A stretch of 64,000 nt of DNA, taken from positions 1,184,001 to 1,248,000 of the forward strand of contig CAWHFW010000005.1 of assembly GCA_963828735.1 (NCBI GenBank), in the 5' to 3' direction. The translations under genes were made by a program, and so were the position numbers. How positions within the stretch are numbered: position 1 is the first letter of the stretch; the number at the start of each line of letters is the position of its first letter. The DNA comes from an uncultured Gemmatimonadales bacterium (GTDB lineage Bacteria; Gemmatimonadota; Gemmatimonadetes; Gemmatimonadales; GWC2-71-9). Positions 56,806-64,000 of the stretch are shown one piece after another. The notes under the pieces were generated by a model, which searched no databases, was not told the DNA's origin, and was given only the letters and a program-made list of their open reading frames with translations.

Positions 56806-57075
56806 ATGACTGCCCGCGCCACCATCGCCCTGCTTGTCGTGGTAGGGTTCGTCGCCTTCCTGCTCTGGTCCACCCTCGCGAGCCAGCGCGCGGAGTGCAT
56901 GATTTCCGTCCGCTACCAGGGTCACGAAGGATCGGCCACCGCCTCCGGCGCCTCCGAAGCGGATGCGGCGCGCGAAGCCCAGACCGCCGCCTGCGGCCCC
57001 CTCACGGCCTCGATGAACGACCGGGTGGCCTGTGCCAGGCTGCAACCGGTCACCCAGCGTTGCCGGCCGCTGTGA
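56806..57075 (+). CDS. Small membrane-anchored Cys-rich hypothetical protein
   Basis: GGAGG SD; N-terminal TM; four Cys. Confidence 0.65.
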   Translation: MTARATIALLVVVGFVAFLLWSTLASQRAECMISVRYQGHEGSATASGASEADAAREAQTAACGPLTASMNDRVACARLQPVTQRCRPL

Positions 57076-57091
57076 GCCCGGCCGCGCCCGC

Positions 57092-58459
57092 ATGAGCGCT
57101 CCCCGGCTCAAACTTCCCCACCCCCTGATTCTCCTCGTCTTCTGTATCATCGCCGCCGCGGCGCTCACCTGGGTGCTGCCGGCCGGCGAGTACAGCCGGC
57201 GGCAGGACGAGAACGCGGGCCGCGAGGTCGTCGTCCCCGGCACCTATCACGCCGTCGCCGCGAGCCCCGTGGGTCCGTTCCAGACGCTGGTCGCCATCCC
57301 GAAAGGGATGGCCGACGCGGGCTCCATCATCTTCTACGTCTTCCTGGTCGGCGGCGCATTCGCCGTTGTTGAGCGGACGGGCGCGCTGGCGCGGCTGGTC
57401 GAGTGGCTGGCCCGGCGGCTCGCCGACCGGGGTCTCTGGGCCATTCCCATCGTGGGATTCGCGTTCGCCTGGGGCGGCATCCTCATCCAGATGCAGGAGG
57501 AGCTGATCGCGTTCGTTCCCGTGCTCCTGCTCCTCGTTCGACGGCTCGGCTTCAACGCGCTCACGGCGGTCGCGATGAGCCTGGGCGCGGCCGCAGTGGG
57601 CGCATCGTTCAGCTTCATCAACCCGTTCCAGGTCGGCATCGCGCAGAAGGTGGCCGAGCTCCCCTCGCTCAGCGGCTGGGGCTTCCGATCGGTGGCGTTG
57701 ACCCTGGCGTGGCTCGTCTGGATCGGCGGGACGATGCGTTTCGCGCGGCGGACGCGCAACGCGCCCGAGTCCGTGGCATCCGAGAAGGTGCCGCGGGAGG
57801 CGCTGGCCGGAACCGCCGGCTGGCGCCAGACCGTGGTGCTGGGGCTCGTGCTGGTCACGTTCGTCGTGTTCGTGATCGGGGTGAAGCAATACAGCTGGGA
57901 CTTCGACCAGCTGTCGGCGCTGTTCTTTCTCATGGGGGTCGCGGCCGGATTGGTTGGCGGGCTCGGTCTCGGCGGGACGGCCGACGGGTACGTGGAAGGA
58001 TTCCGCTCGATGGCGTTCGCCGGCCTGCTCATCGGGTTCGCGCGCGGGATCTTCATCGTCCTCGACCAGGGGCACGTCGTGGACACGATCGTCCATGGGC
58101 TGCTCGGCCCCATCGCCACCCTGCCGACCACCCTGTCGGCCCTCGGCATGATGACGTTCCACGCGCTGGTGCACCTCCCCGTACCGAGCACGAGCGGCCA
58201 GGCCGTGCTGACGCTGCCCCTGCTCGTGCCGCTGTCCGACCTGATCGGCCTCTCGCGGCAGGTGACGGTACTGGCCTACCAGTATGGGGCGGGACTGTGC
58301 GAGCTGGTGACGCCAACCAACGGCGCGCTCATGGCGATGCTCGCCGCAAGCGGAGTGCGCTACGAGGAGTGGCTTCGGTTCGTCGTCCCGGTTGTGGGGG
58401 CCTTGGTGGCCCTCGCGGCCGTGGCCATCGGGCTCGCAGTGGCGACCGGCCTCAGGTGA
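57092..58459 (+). CDS. YfcC/DcuC-like (AbgT-related) transporter
   Basis: LPHPLILL, LPAGEY, NPFQVGIAQ..AELP, PSTSGQA, PTNGALM. Confidence 0.88.
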   Translation: MSAPRLKLPHPLILLVFCIIAAAALTWVLPAGEYSRRQDENAGREVVVPGTYHAVAASPVGPFQTLVAIPKGMADAGSIIFYVFLVGGAFAVVERTGALARLVEWLARRLADRGLWAIPIVGFAFAWGGILIQMQEELIAFVPVLLLLVRRLGFNALTAVAMSLGAAAVGASFSFINPFQVGIAQKVAELPSLSGWGFRSVALTLAWLVWIGGTMRFARRTRNAPESVASEKVPREALAGTAGWRQTVVLGLVLVTFVVFVIGVKQYSWDFDQLSALFFLMGVAAGLVGGLGLGGTADGYVEGFRSMAFAGLLIGFARGIFIVLDQGHVVDTIVHGLLGPIATLPTTLSALGMMTFHALVHLPVPSTSGQAVLTLPLLVPLSDLIGLSRQVTVLAYQYGAGLCELVTPTNGALMAMLAASGVRYEEWLRFVVPVVGALVALAAVAIGLAVATGLR

Positions 58460-58895
58460 GGCCCGCGAGGGTTTCGAGCGTCTTGAGGTCCGCGACGCCG
58501 ACGTGACGTCCACGCTCCTTGCCGCGCTCGAAGACGATCACCGTCGGTATTCCCCGGATGCCGAACCGTCCGGAGATCGCGGGATCGGCATCGGTGTCCA
58601 GTTTGAGCACGACCGCTTCCCCCGCATGCCGCCTGGCGAAATCGTCGAGGGTCGGCGCCATCATGTGGCATGGGCCGCACCAGTCCGCGAAGAAGTCCAC
58701 CGCCACCGGCACGGTCGTACCCTCGAGCGTCTGTTCAAAAGCCGATCCGGTCACCTTGAGCGGACGATCGAGCAGGATCGGTCGATGGCAACTGGCGCAC
58801 TTCGGCCCCAGCGACAGCTTGGTCAGGTCGACGCGATTGGGCGTCTCACAGAAGACACACCGGACGACGGCGCGACGGTCAGCATTCTGGTCCAT
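58452..58895 (-). CDS. trxC: Thioredoxin 2 with N-terminal zinc finger
   Basis: CVFC...NRV...CASC plus WCGPC and GIPT. Confidence 0.9.
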   Translation of the reverse strand: MDQNADRRAVVRCVFCETPNRVDLTKLSLGPKCASCHRPILLDRPLKVTGSAFEQTLEGTTVPVAVDFFADWCGPCHMMAPTLDDFARRHAGEAVVLKLDTDADPAISGRFGIRGIPTVIVFERGKERGRHVGVADLKTLETLAGLT

Positions 58896-58991
58896 GCCCC
58901 CTCCTTACTCGAAGAAGCTAGATCGTCCGCAGGACAGGGCAAGCGCGCTCGCGCCCCGGGGTGACAGTCTTCACAGACAGGAACACCTCGG

Positions 58992-59008
58992 CTGGCATTA
59001 CTGTTGCA
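58992..59008 (+). promoter_or_regulatory. sigma54 -24/-12 promoter of GNAT gene
   Basis: CTGGCATTACTGTTGCA; GG(58994-95)-N10-GC(59006-07). Confidence 0.7.
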
Positions 59009-59043
59009 CAGGGAAGTCGGCTATCACCCCAGAAGGCGGTCAC

Positions 59044-59475
59044 ATGAGCGAGCTCACCATTCGGGAAATGGGACAGGACGAGGACTTCTCGGCCTGGTTC
59101 TCCGAGCTCCTCGAGCAGGAGGAGGGGCTGGCCGGCTCCGGCAGCCTCGACGAGCGTTACCTCATCCTGAGCAATGAGATCGGCGACTGGGTCGGCGGTC
59201 TGCGGTATTGGCTCCGCGGCGGGGTGGCCCATCTGGTCGACGTGGTGGTCCTGCCTCAGGAGCGGCACAAGGGCCACGCCCACCGCCTGCTCGCGGCCTT
59301 CGAAGAGCGAGCGGCCGAGGCGGGCGGACACCTGGCCGAATTCTGGACGGACGACGAGCGATCCGAGGGACTGCTGGGCGCCCTGGGCTGGCAGCGTATC
59401 TTCCGCCGGGAGGATTACATAGGCCGTAAGCGCTGGGCTCTCATGGAGAAGCGGCTCGGCTCGGAGCCCCGATAG
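59044..59475 (+). CDS. GNAT family N-acetyltransferase
   Basis: VVVLPQERHKGHAHRLL motif A variant. Confidence 0.8.
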   Translation: MSELTIREMGQDEDFSAWFSELLEQEEGLAGSGSLDERYLILSNEIGDWVGGLRYWLRGGVAHLVDVVVLPQERHKGHAHRLLAAFEERAAEAGGHLAEFWTDDERSEGLLGALGWQRIFRREDYIGRKRWALMEKRLGSEPR

Positions 59476-59589
59476 ACGACGGCTCGTTGGCGCAGGCACG
59501 ACCAGTCACTATATCTTTGGTGGCTGGTCGTTTTGTCGTTTGGGATGCCAGGGTCCGTCGCTGAGGCGTCACGCCACTAGAGGAAACGC

Positions 59590-60567
59590 ATGGGCATCGC
59601 CCCCGATTCGGCGCGCGAAATCGCCTTGAAAATCGAAGTGTTACGGGACCTCGAGGAGCCGGTCCGCGAGCTCATGGAATCCCACGAGCGGAAGCGGGAC
59701 ATCTGGTTTCCCTCGGAGATCCTGGGGCCCCAGCCCGAGGGCTGCCCCGACGAGTTCACCCGCGCGCTCCGCAATGAGGCCAGAGGGATTCCCGACCCGA
59801 TTCGCGCTGCGCTGGCGCTCAACATGCTGACCGAAGAGGGCCTCCCCCACTTTCACCGCCTCCTCGCCGTGTATCTCGGCGACGACAGCCACTGGCGGGC
59901 CTGGAACAATTTGTGGACGGCGGAGGAAGACCGACACGGCCAGGTGCTGCACGATTACGCCAGGGACACCCGCCTGTTCGATCAGCGGAAGATCGAGGAG
60001 ATGCAGTTCGAGTACATACGGGCCGGCTTCCACCCGGAGTGGGACAGGGACCCGTACCGGGTGTTCGCGTACACCACCGTACAGGAGCGCGCGACGCAGT
60101 TCTCGCATAGCGAGACGGGCCGGATCGTAGGCGAGTACGAGCCCCGCCTTGCCGAGGTGTTGAGCCACGTCGCGAAAGACGAGGCCCGCCACTACGCATT
60201 CTACCGCAGTGTGTTCGAGCTCATCCTCGAGCGTGACCCGAATGGCGCGCTCCACTCGGCATCGTTCATCCTGCCGGCCATCGACATGCCCGGTGTCAGC
60301 ATGCCGGGCTTCAAGGAGCTGGCCGAGGTCATCCGACGGGCGGGCATTTACGGCCCGCGAGACTACCTGCGCATCGTGCAGGAGCAGATCCGTTACTGGA
60401 GGATCGAGAGCCTGCAGGGGCTCAACGAGATCGGTCGGATCGCCCAGGAAAAGATCATGGGCATCCCGGCCAGGCTGAAACGCATCGCCGAGATAATGGA
60501 GACCCGCAGCCGGGCCAAGACGTTCCGCTTCGAAGTCGTGTTCAACCGCGAATTCGCGATGGACTGA
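59590..60567 (+). CDS. Soluble acyl-ACP desaturase (DesA-like, di-iron)
   Basis: LTEEGLP, WTAEEDRH, QERAT, DEARH, MPG. Confidence 0.92.
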   Translation: MGIAPDSAREIALKIEVLRDLEEPVRELMESHERKRDIWFPSEILGPQPEGCPDEFTRALRNEARGIPDPIRAALALNMLTEEGLPHFHRLLAVYLGDDSHWRAWNNLWTAEEDRHGQVLHDYARDTRLFDQRKIEEMQFEYIRAGFHPEWDRDPYRVFAYTTVQERATQFSHSETGRIVGEYEPRLAEVLSHVAKDEARHYAFYRSVFELILERDPNGALHSASFILPAIDMPGVSMPGFKELAEVIRRAGIYGPRDYLRIVQEQIRYWRIESLQGLNEIGRIAQEKIMGIPARLKRIAEIMETRSRAKTFRFEVVFNREFAMD

Positions 60568-61016
60568 TGGGCCGAGTCGGGGCGGGAGCCGTGCTCGCGC
60601 TGGTCCTGCTGGCCGGGTGCGGCGCCAAGGACGCCGACCGTCCGCAACGAGCGGAGTCGGAGGACGCCCTTCCTCCCGACGAGCGCGATGCCCAGGCGCT
60701 CGGCCGGGAGGTTTTCGAGCTCGTGGACCGCGCCGTGGACTATCGCGGATCGCACCAGGGGCGGCCCGCGGCATCCTTCCGCCAGATGGGCGTCGACAGC
60801 CTCACGCCGGCCACCGTGCGCCGTCTCGTGAACATCGCGCGCGAGCCCGTCATCACGGTGGCCTACCGCCGGACGGGCGGACGCGAGATCACCTCGTGCC
60901 GCGGCGACAGCCAGATCCTCGAGGAGTCCACCCTGAACGGCGGCCGTTTCACGGTCATGTGTACCACCTCCTCCGGTGCGCAGCGGCCCATGCATGTAGG
61001 CACCGCCGAGCGCTGA
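60567..61016 (+). CDS. Hypothetical lipoprotein
   Basis: LLAG|C lipobox; coupled to the desaturase stop. Confidence 0.7.
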   Translation: MGRVGAGAVLALVLLAGCGAKDADRPQRAESEDALPPDERDAQALGREVFELVDRAVDYRGSHQGRPAASFRQMGVDSLTPATVRRLVNIAREPVITVAYRRTGGREITSCRGDSQILEESTLNGGRFTVMCTTSSGAQRPMHVGTAER

Positions 61017-61026
61017 GCCCGACGTC

Positions 61027-61602
61027 ATGGTCTTCGCAGCCATCAGTCTCGCCGCCCGCATCATCGTCGTAGTCGCCCTCGTATACGCGTCGGCGGTAGC
61101 GCTCACGCATTGGGCCGTCCGGAGCCGGCGGATCACGCCATTCGGCCGCTGGCCCCGATTCATTCGACGCGCCAGCGATCCGTTGCTGCTCCCGCTCGAG
61201 CGCCGCGTCATCCGCGCTGGCGGCAGCCCGCAGGATGCCCCGCTCTGGCTCGTGGGGGTCGTCATCGTCGGCGGGTTGCTCCTGCTGAGCCTGACCCAGT
61301 GGCTGACCGGATTCGCCGCGACGCTCGTGGCGATGGGCCACTCGGGTCCGCGCGTCTGGACCCGTTTCCTCGTGAGCGGGCTCTTCACCCTCCTGATTGC
61401 CGCCCTGCTCGTGCGGGTGGTGTCGTCATGGTTCGGGATCTCGCCGTACCGACCCTGGATGCGGCCCGTCATGGTGCTCACCGACTGGATCCTCGATCCG
61501 ATCCGGCGAGTGCTTCCGCCGTTCGGCATGATCGACTTCAGCCCTCTGGTGGCGTGGCTCGTGCTGACGATCGTTCGCGGGTTCGTGATGTCGTGGATCT
61601 GA
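61027..61602 (+). CDS. yggT: YggT family membrane protein
   Basis: Tandem YggT repeats; PIRRVLPPFGMIDFSPLVA. Confidence 0.85.
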   Translation: MVFAAISLAARIIVVVALVYASAVALTHWAVRSRRITPFGRWPRFIRRASDPLLLPLERRVIRAGGSPQDAPLWLVGVVIVGGLLLLSLTQWLTGFAATLVAMGHSGPRVWTRFLVSGLFTLLIAALLVRVVSSWFGISPYRPWMRPVMVLTDWILDPIRRVLPPFGMIDFSPLVAWLVLTIVRGFVMSWI

Positions 61603-61675
61603 GCGGTCGGTCGGGGCCGTCAGCCGGGAGCGAAGCACGACGCCCGCCTCACACGGTCCAGCGCGCACCGCATGC

Positions 61676-61975
61676 ATGAATAGCCGCCGCTCCCCGATCG
61701 AGCAGACACCGACCGGCGTGCGCCTGCGATGTCACGTGCAGCCCCGCGCCTCGCGGACCGAGATCGTCGGCCCCCACGACGACGCGCTCAAGCTACGGCT
61801 CGCGGCACCGCCGGTGGACGGCGTGGCGAACGAGGCACTCGTCCGGTTCCTGTCCGAGCGCCTGCAGGTGCCTCGCTCGGCCATCCGGCTCGAGCGAGGC
61901 GCCGGGGCACGGGCGAAGGTGATCGCGATCGAAGGGATCGGCCTCGAGGAGGCCGGTCGCCGGCTCGGCATCTGA
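61676..61975 (+). CDS. yggU: DUF167/YggU family protein
   Basis: VQPRASR, AAPPVDGVAN. Confidence 0.88.
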   Translation: MNSRRSPIEQTPTGVRLRCHVQPRASRTEIVGPHDDALKLRLAAPPVDGVANEALVRFLSERLQVPRSAIRLERGAGARAKVIAIEGIGLEEAGRRLGI

Positions 61976-61981
61976 CGCGGT

Positions 61982-62010
61982 TTGCCCCGCCGGGAGCCCC
62001 CCGTTACCTT
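61982..62010 (+). promoter_or_regulatory. sigma70-type promoter for metH leader
   Basis: TTGCCC-N17-TACCTT about 20 nt before the aptamer. Confidence 0.5.
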
Positions 62011-62029
62011 ACCGGGGTCGAACAATTCG

Positions 62030-62077
62030 TTCGTGGCGATTTGCGCTGCTTGCGGCCACGTTAAACAACCGCTAAAA
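62030..62077 (+). ncRNA. SAM-II (SAM-alpha) riboswitch aptamer
   Basis: CGUGGC-GAUUUG...GCUUGCG-GCCACG-UUAAACAAC-CGCUAAA: P1 CGUGGC/GCCACG plus pseudoknot strand; upstream of metH. Confidence 0.88.
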
Positions 62078-62082
62078 CGCAT

Positions 62083-62114
62083 CCCTTGAGGCGTTTTGGC
62101 TTCAGGGGTTTTTT
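62083..62114 (+). terminator. Riboswitch-controlled intrinsic terminator
   Basis: CCCTTGAGGC...GCTTCAGGGG + TTTTTT. Confidence 0.8.
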
Positions 62115-62131
62115 GATCCCCGGAGCGCCCC

Positions 62132-64000
62132 GTGCTGGTCGACCAATCCGCTCCTCCCTCCTCATCGGCAACCGGTCTGACCCGGGACGCGCGGCTCGCG
62201 CTCCTGGAGCCCCTCCTCGCCCAGCGCATCCTGGTGCTCGACGGCGCGATGGGGACCATGATCCAATCCTACCGGCTCGACGAACGGGACTACCGGGGCG
62301 AACGGTTCGCGGACTGGCCGCGCGAGTTGCGCGGGCACAACGACCTCTTGACCCTCACGCAACCCGACGTCATCCGGGCCATCCACTCGGCGTACCTCGA
62401 GGCCGGCGCCGACATCGTGGAAACCAACTCGTTCACGTCGAATGCCATGTCGCTCGCCGACTATGGCATGGAGAGTCTGGTCTACGAGCTGAATCACGCC
62501 GCGGCCCGGCTCGCCCGGGCCGCGGCGGATGAATGGGAGCGCCGGACCCCCGATACGCCACGCTTCGTCGCGGGAGTGCTGGGCCCCACCAACCGGAGCG
62601 CCTCGCTCTCGCCCGACGTCAACGATCCGGGGTTCCGGAACGTCACCTTCGATCAGCTCGTGGCGACGTACGCCGAGGGCGCCCGCGGGCTGGTGGACGG
62701 GGGCGCGGACCTCCTTCTCGTCGAGACGATCTTCGATACCCTCAACGCGAAGGCGGCGATCTTCGCGATCGAGTCGCTGTTCGACCAGCTCGGTTTCCGG
62801 CTGCCGGTCATGATCTCGGGCACGATCGTCGACGCAAGCGGCCGAACGCTCTCCGGCCAGACCACCGAGGCGTTCTGGCATTCCGTGGCGCACGCGCGGC
62901 CCCTCAGCGTGGGGCTCAACTGCGCGCTCGGGGCGGTCCAGCTCCGGCAGTACGTGCAGGAGCTCTCCCGGGTGGCGCCGGTCTACGTGAGCGCGCATCC
63001 GAACGCGGGTCTGCCGAACGAGTTCGGACAATACGACGACACGCCCGAGCACATGGCCGAGGTGCTGCGGGAGTTCGCCGAGCACGGGCTGGTGAACTTC
63101 GTCGGAGGCTGCTGCGGGACGACGCCGGCGCACATCCGCGCGATCGCTGACGCGGTGCGAGGCCTCGCGCCGCGGGAGCGGCCACGCCTGGAGCCGAGGC
63201 TCCGTCTCAGCGGGCTCGAGCCGCTCACGATCGGGCCCGACAGCATCTTCGCGAACATGGGCGAGCGGACCAACGTGACCGGGTCGAGGAAGTTCGCGCG
63301 CCTCATTCTCGCCGGCGACTACGAGGCCGCCCTCAACATCGCGCGGCAGCAGGTGGAGAGCGGCGCGCAGATGATCGACGTGAACATGGACGAGGGGATG
63401 CTCGATTCGGCGGGGGCGATGGTCAGGTTTCTCCAGCTCATCGCCGCCGAGCCGGACATCAGCCGCGTGCCCGTCGTCCTGGATTCGTCCAAGTGGTCAG
63501 TCATCGAAGCAGGCCTTCGGTGCGTCCAGGGCAAGGGCGTCGTCAACTCCATCAGCCTCAAGGAGGGCGAGGAGGAATTCGTCCGCCACGCGACGTTGGT
63601 GCGGCGGTACGGCGCCGCCGTGATCGTGATGGCCTTCGACGAGCAGGGCCAGGCGGATACTGCCGATCGCAAGGTGGCCATCTGCAGCCGCTGCTATCGC
63701 ATCCTGACGGAGCGGGTGGGATTTCCGCCCGAGGACATCATCTTCGATCCCAACATCTTCGCGATCGGCACCGGGATCGAAGAGCACAACGACTACGCGG
63801 TGACCTACCTCGAGGCCACCCGCCGTATCAAGGCGACACTGCCCCACGTCCAGGTGAGCGGCGGCGTCAGCAACGTCTCATTCTCGTTCCGCGGCAACGA
63901 TCCCGTGCGCGAGGCGATCCACGCGGTGTTCCTCTATCACGCCATCGAGGCGGGGATGGACATGGGGATCGTGAACGCGGGCCAGCTGCCGATCTACGCC
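62132..64000 (+). CDS. metH: Cobalamin-dependent methionine synthase (partial, runs off window)
   Basis: [55 protein letters not shown]. Confidence 0.96.
   Translation, partial: MLVDQSAPPSSSATGLTRDARLALLEPLLAQRILVLDGAMGTMIQSYRLDERDYRGERFADWPRELRGHNDLLTLTQPDVIRAIHSAYLEAGADIVETNSFTSNAMSLADYGMESLVYELNHAAARLARAAADEWERRTPDTPRFVAGVLGPTNRSASLSPDVNDPGFRNVTFDQLVATYAEGARGLVDGGADLLLVETIFDTLNAKAAIFAIESLFDQLGFRLPVMISGTIVDASGRTLSGQTTEAFWHSVAHARPLSVGLNCALGAVQLRQYVQELSRVAPVYVSAHPNAGLPNEFGQYDDTPEHMAEVLREFAEHGLVNFVGGCCGTTPAHIRAIADAVRGLAPRERPRLEPRLRLSGLEPLTIGPDSIFANMGERTNVTGSRKFARLILAGDYEAALNIARQQVESGAQMIDVNMDEGMLDSAGAMVRFLQLIAAEPDISRVPVVLDSSKWSVIEAGLRCVQGKGVVNSISLKEGEEEFVRHATLVRRYGAAVIVMAFDEQGQADTADRKVAICSRCYRILTERVGFPPEDIIFDPNIFAIGTGIEEHNDYAVTYLEATRRIKATLPHVQVSGGVSNVSFSFRGNDPVREAIHAVFLYHAIEAGMDMGIVNAGQLPIYA

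Noticed and set aside
59590..60567. Desaturase as equivalent of Myxococcus des7 in the Che7-like cluster
   Set aside because: It is a soluble acyl-ACP type, on the opposite strand and separated by unrelated genes.
1..64000. tRNA, rRNA, CRISPR arrays, IS elements, prophage or defence genes
   Set aside because: None recognised on reading; a dedicated scan was not possible.

Overview
A gene-dense, GC-rich (roughly 70% by eye) bacterial chromosome segment. Gene content and style suggest Gemmatimonadota (inference). No rRNA, tRNA, CRISPR array, transposase or prophage was seen. Left to right: (1) a TonB-dependent receptor, a large secreted protein with a T9SS/FlgD-Ig-like C-terminus, and the start of a third exported protein; (2) an ECF sigma/ZAS anti-sigma-led operon with DUF92, FAD oxidoreductase, flavin reductase, methyltransferase, SRPBCC cyclase and a FabF-like ketosynthase; (3) ccmABC plus an unannotated ccmD-like ORF, a response regulator, and a STAS gene preceded by a sigma54 promoter and a GEMM-I riboswitch carrying A at position 20 (cGAMP-type); (4) kup, VKOR, DsbA and housekeeping genes; (5) a TetR-TolC-EmrAB-type efflux operon; (6) an NtrBC-like two-component pair, three palindromic enhancer-like sites and a sigma54 promoter before pqqABCDE and an ABC-2 transporter; (7) pruA, PAP2, cutA; (8) a Che7-like chemosensory cluster with a HEAT-repeat protein; (9) YfcC, trxC, GNAT, acyl-ACP desaturase, yggT, yggU; (10) partial metH behind a SAM-II riboswitch wired to an intrinsic terminator. 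Four genes (ccmB, kup, pqqC, pqqE) carry single-base frameshifts that are probably sequencing errors. All protein assignments come from motif recognition, not database searches.
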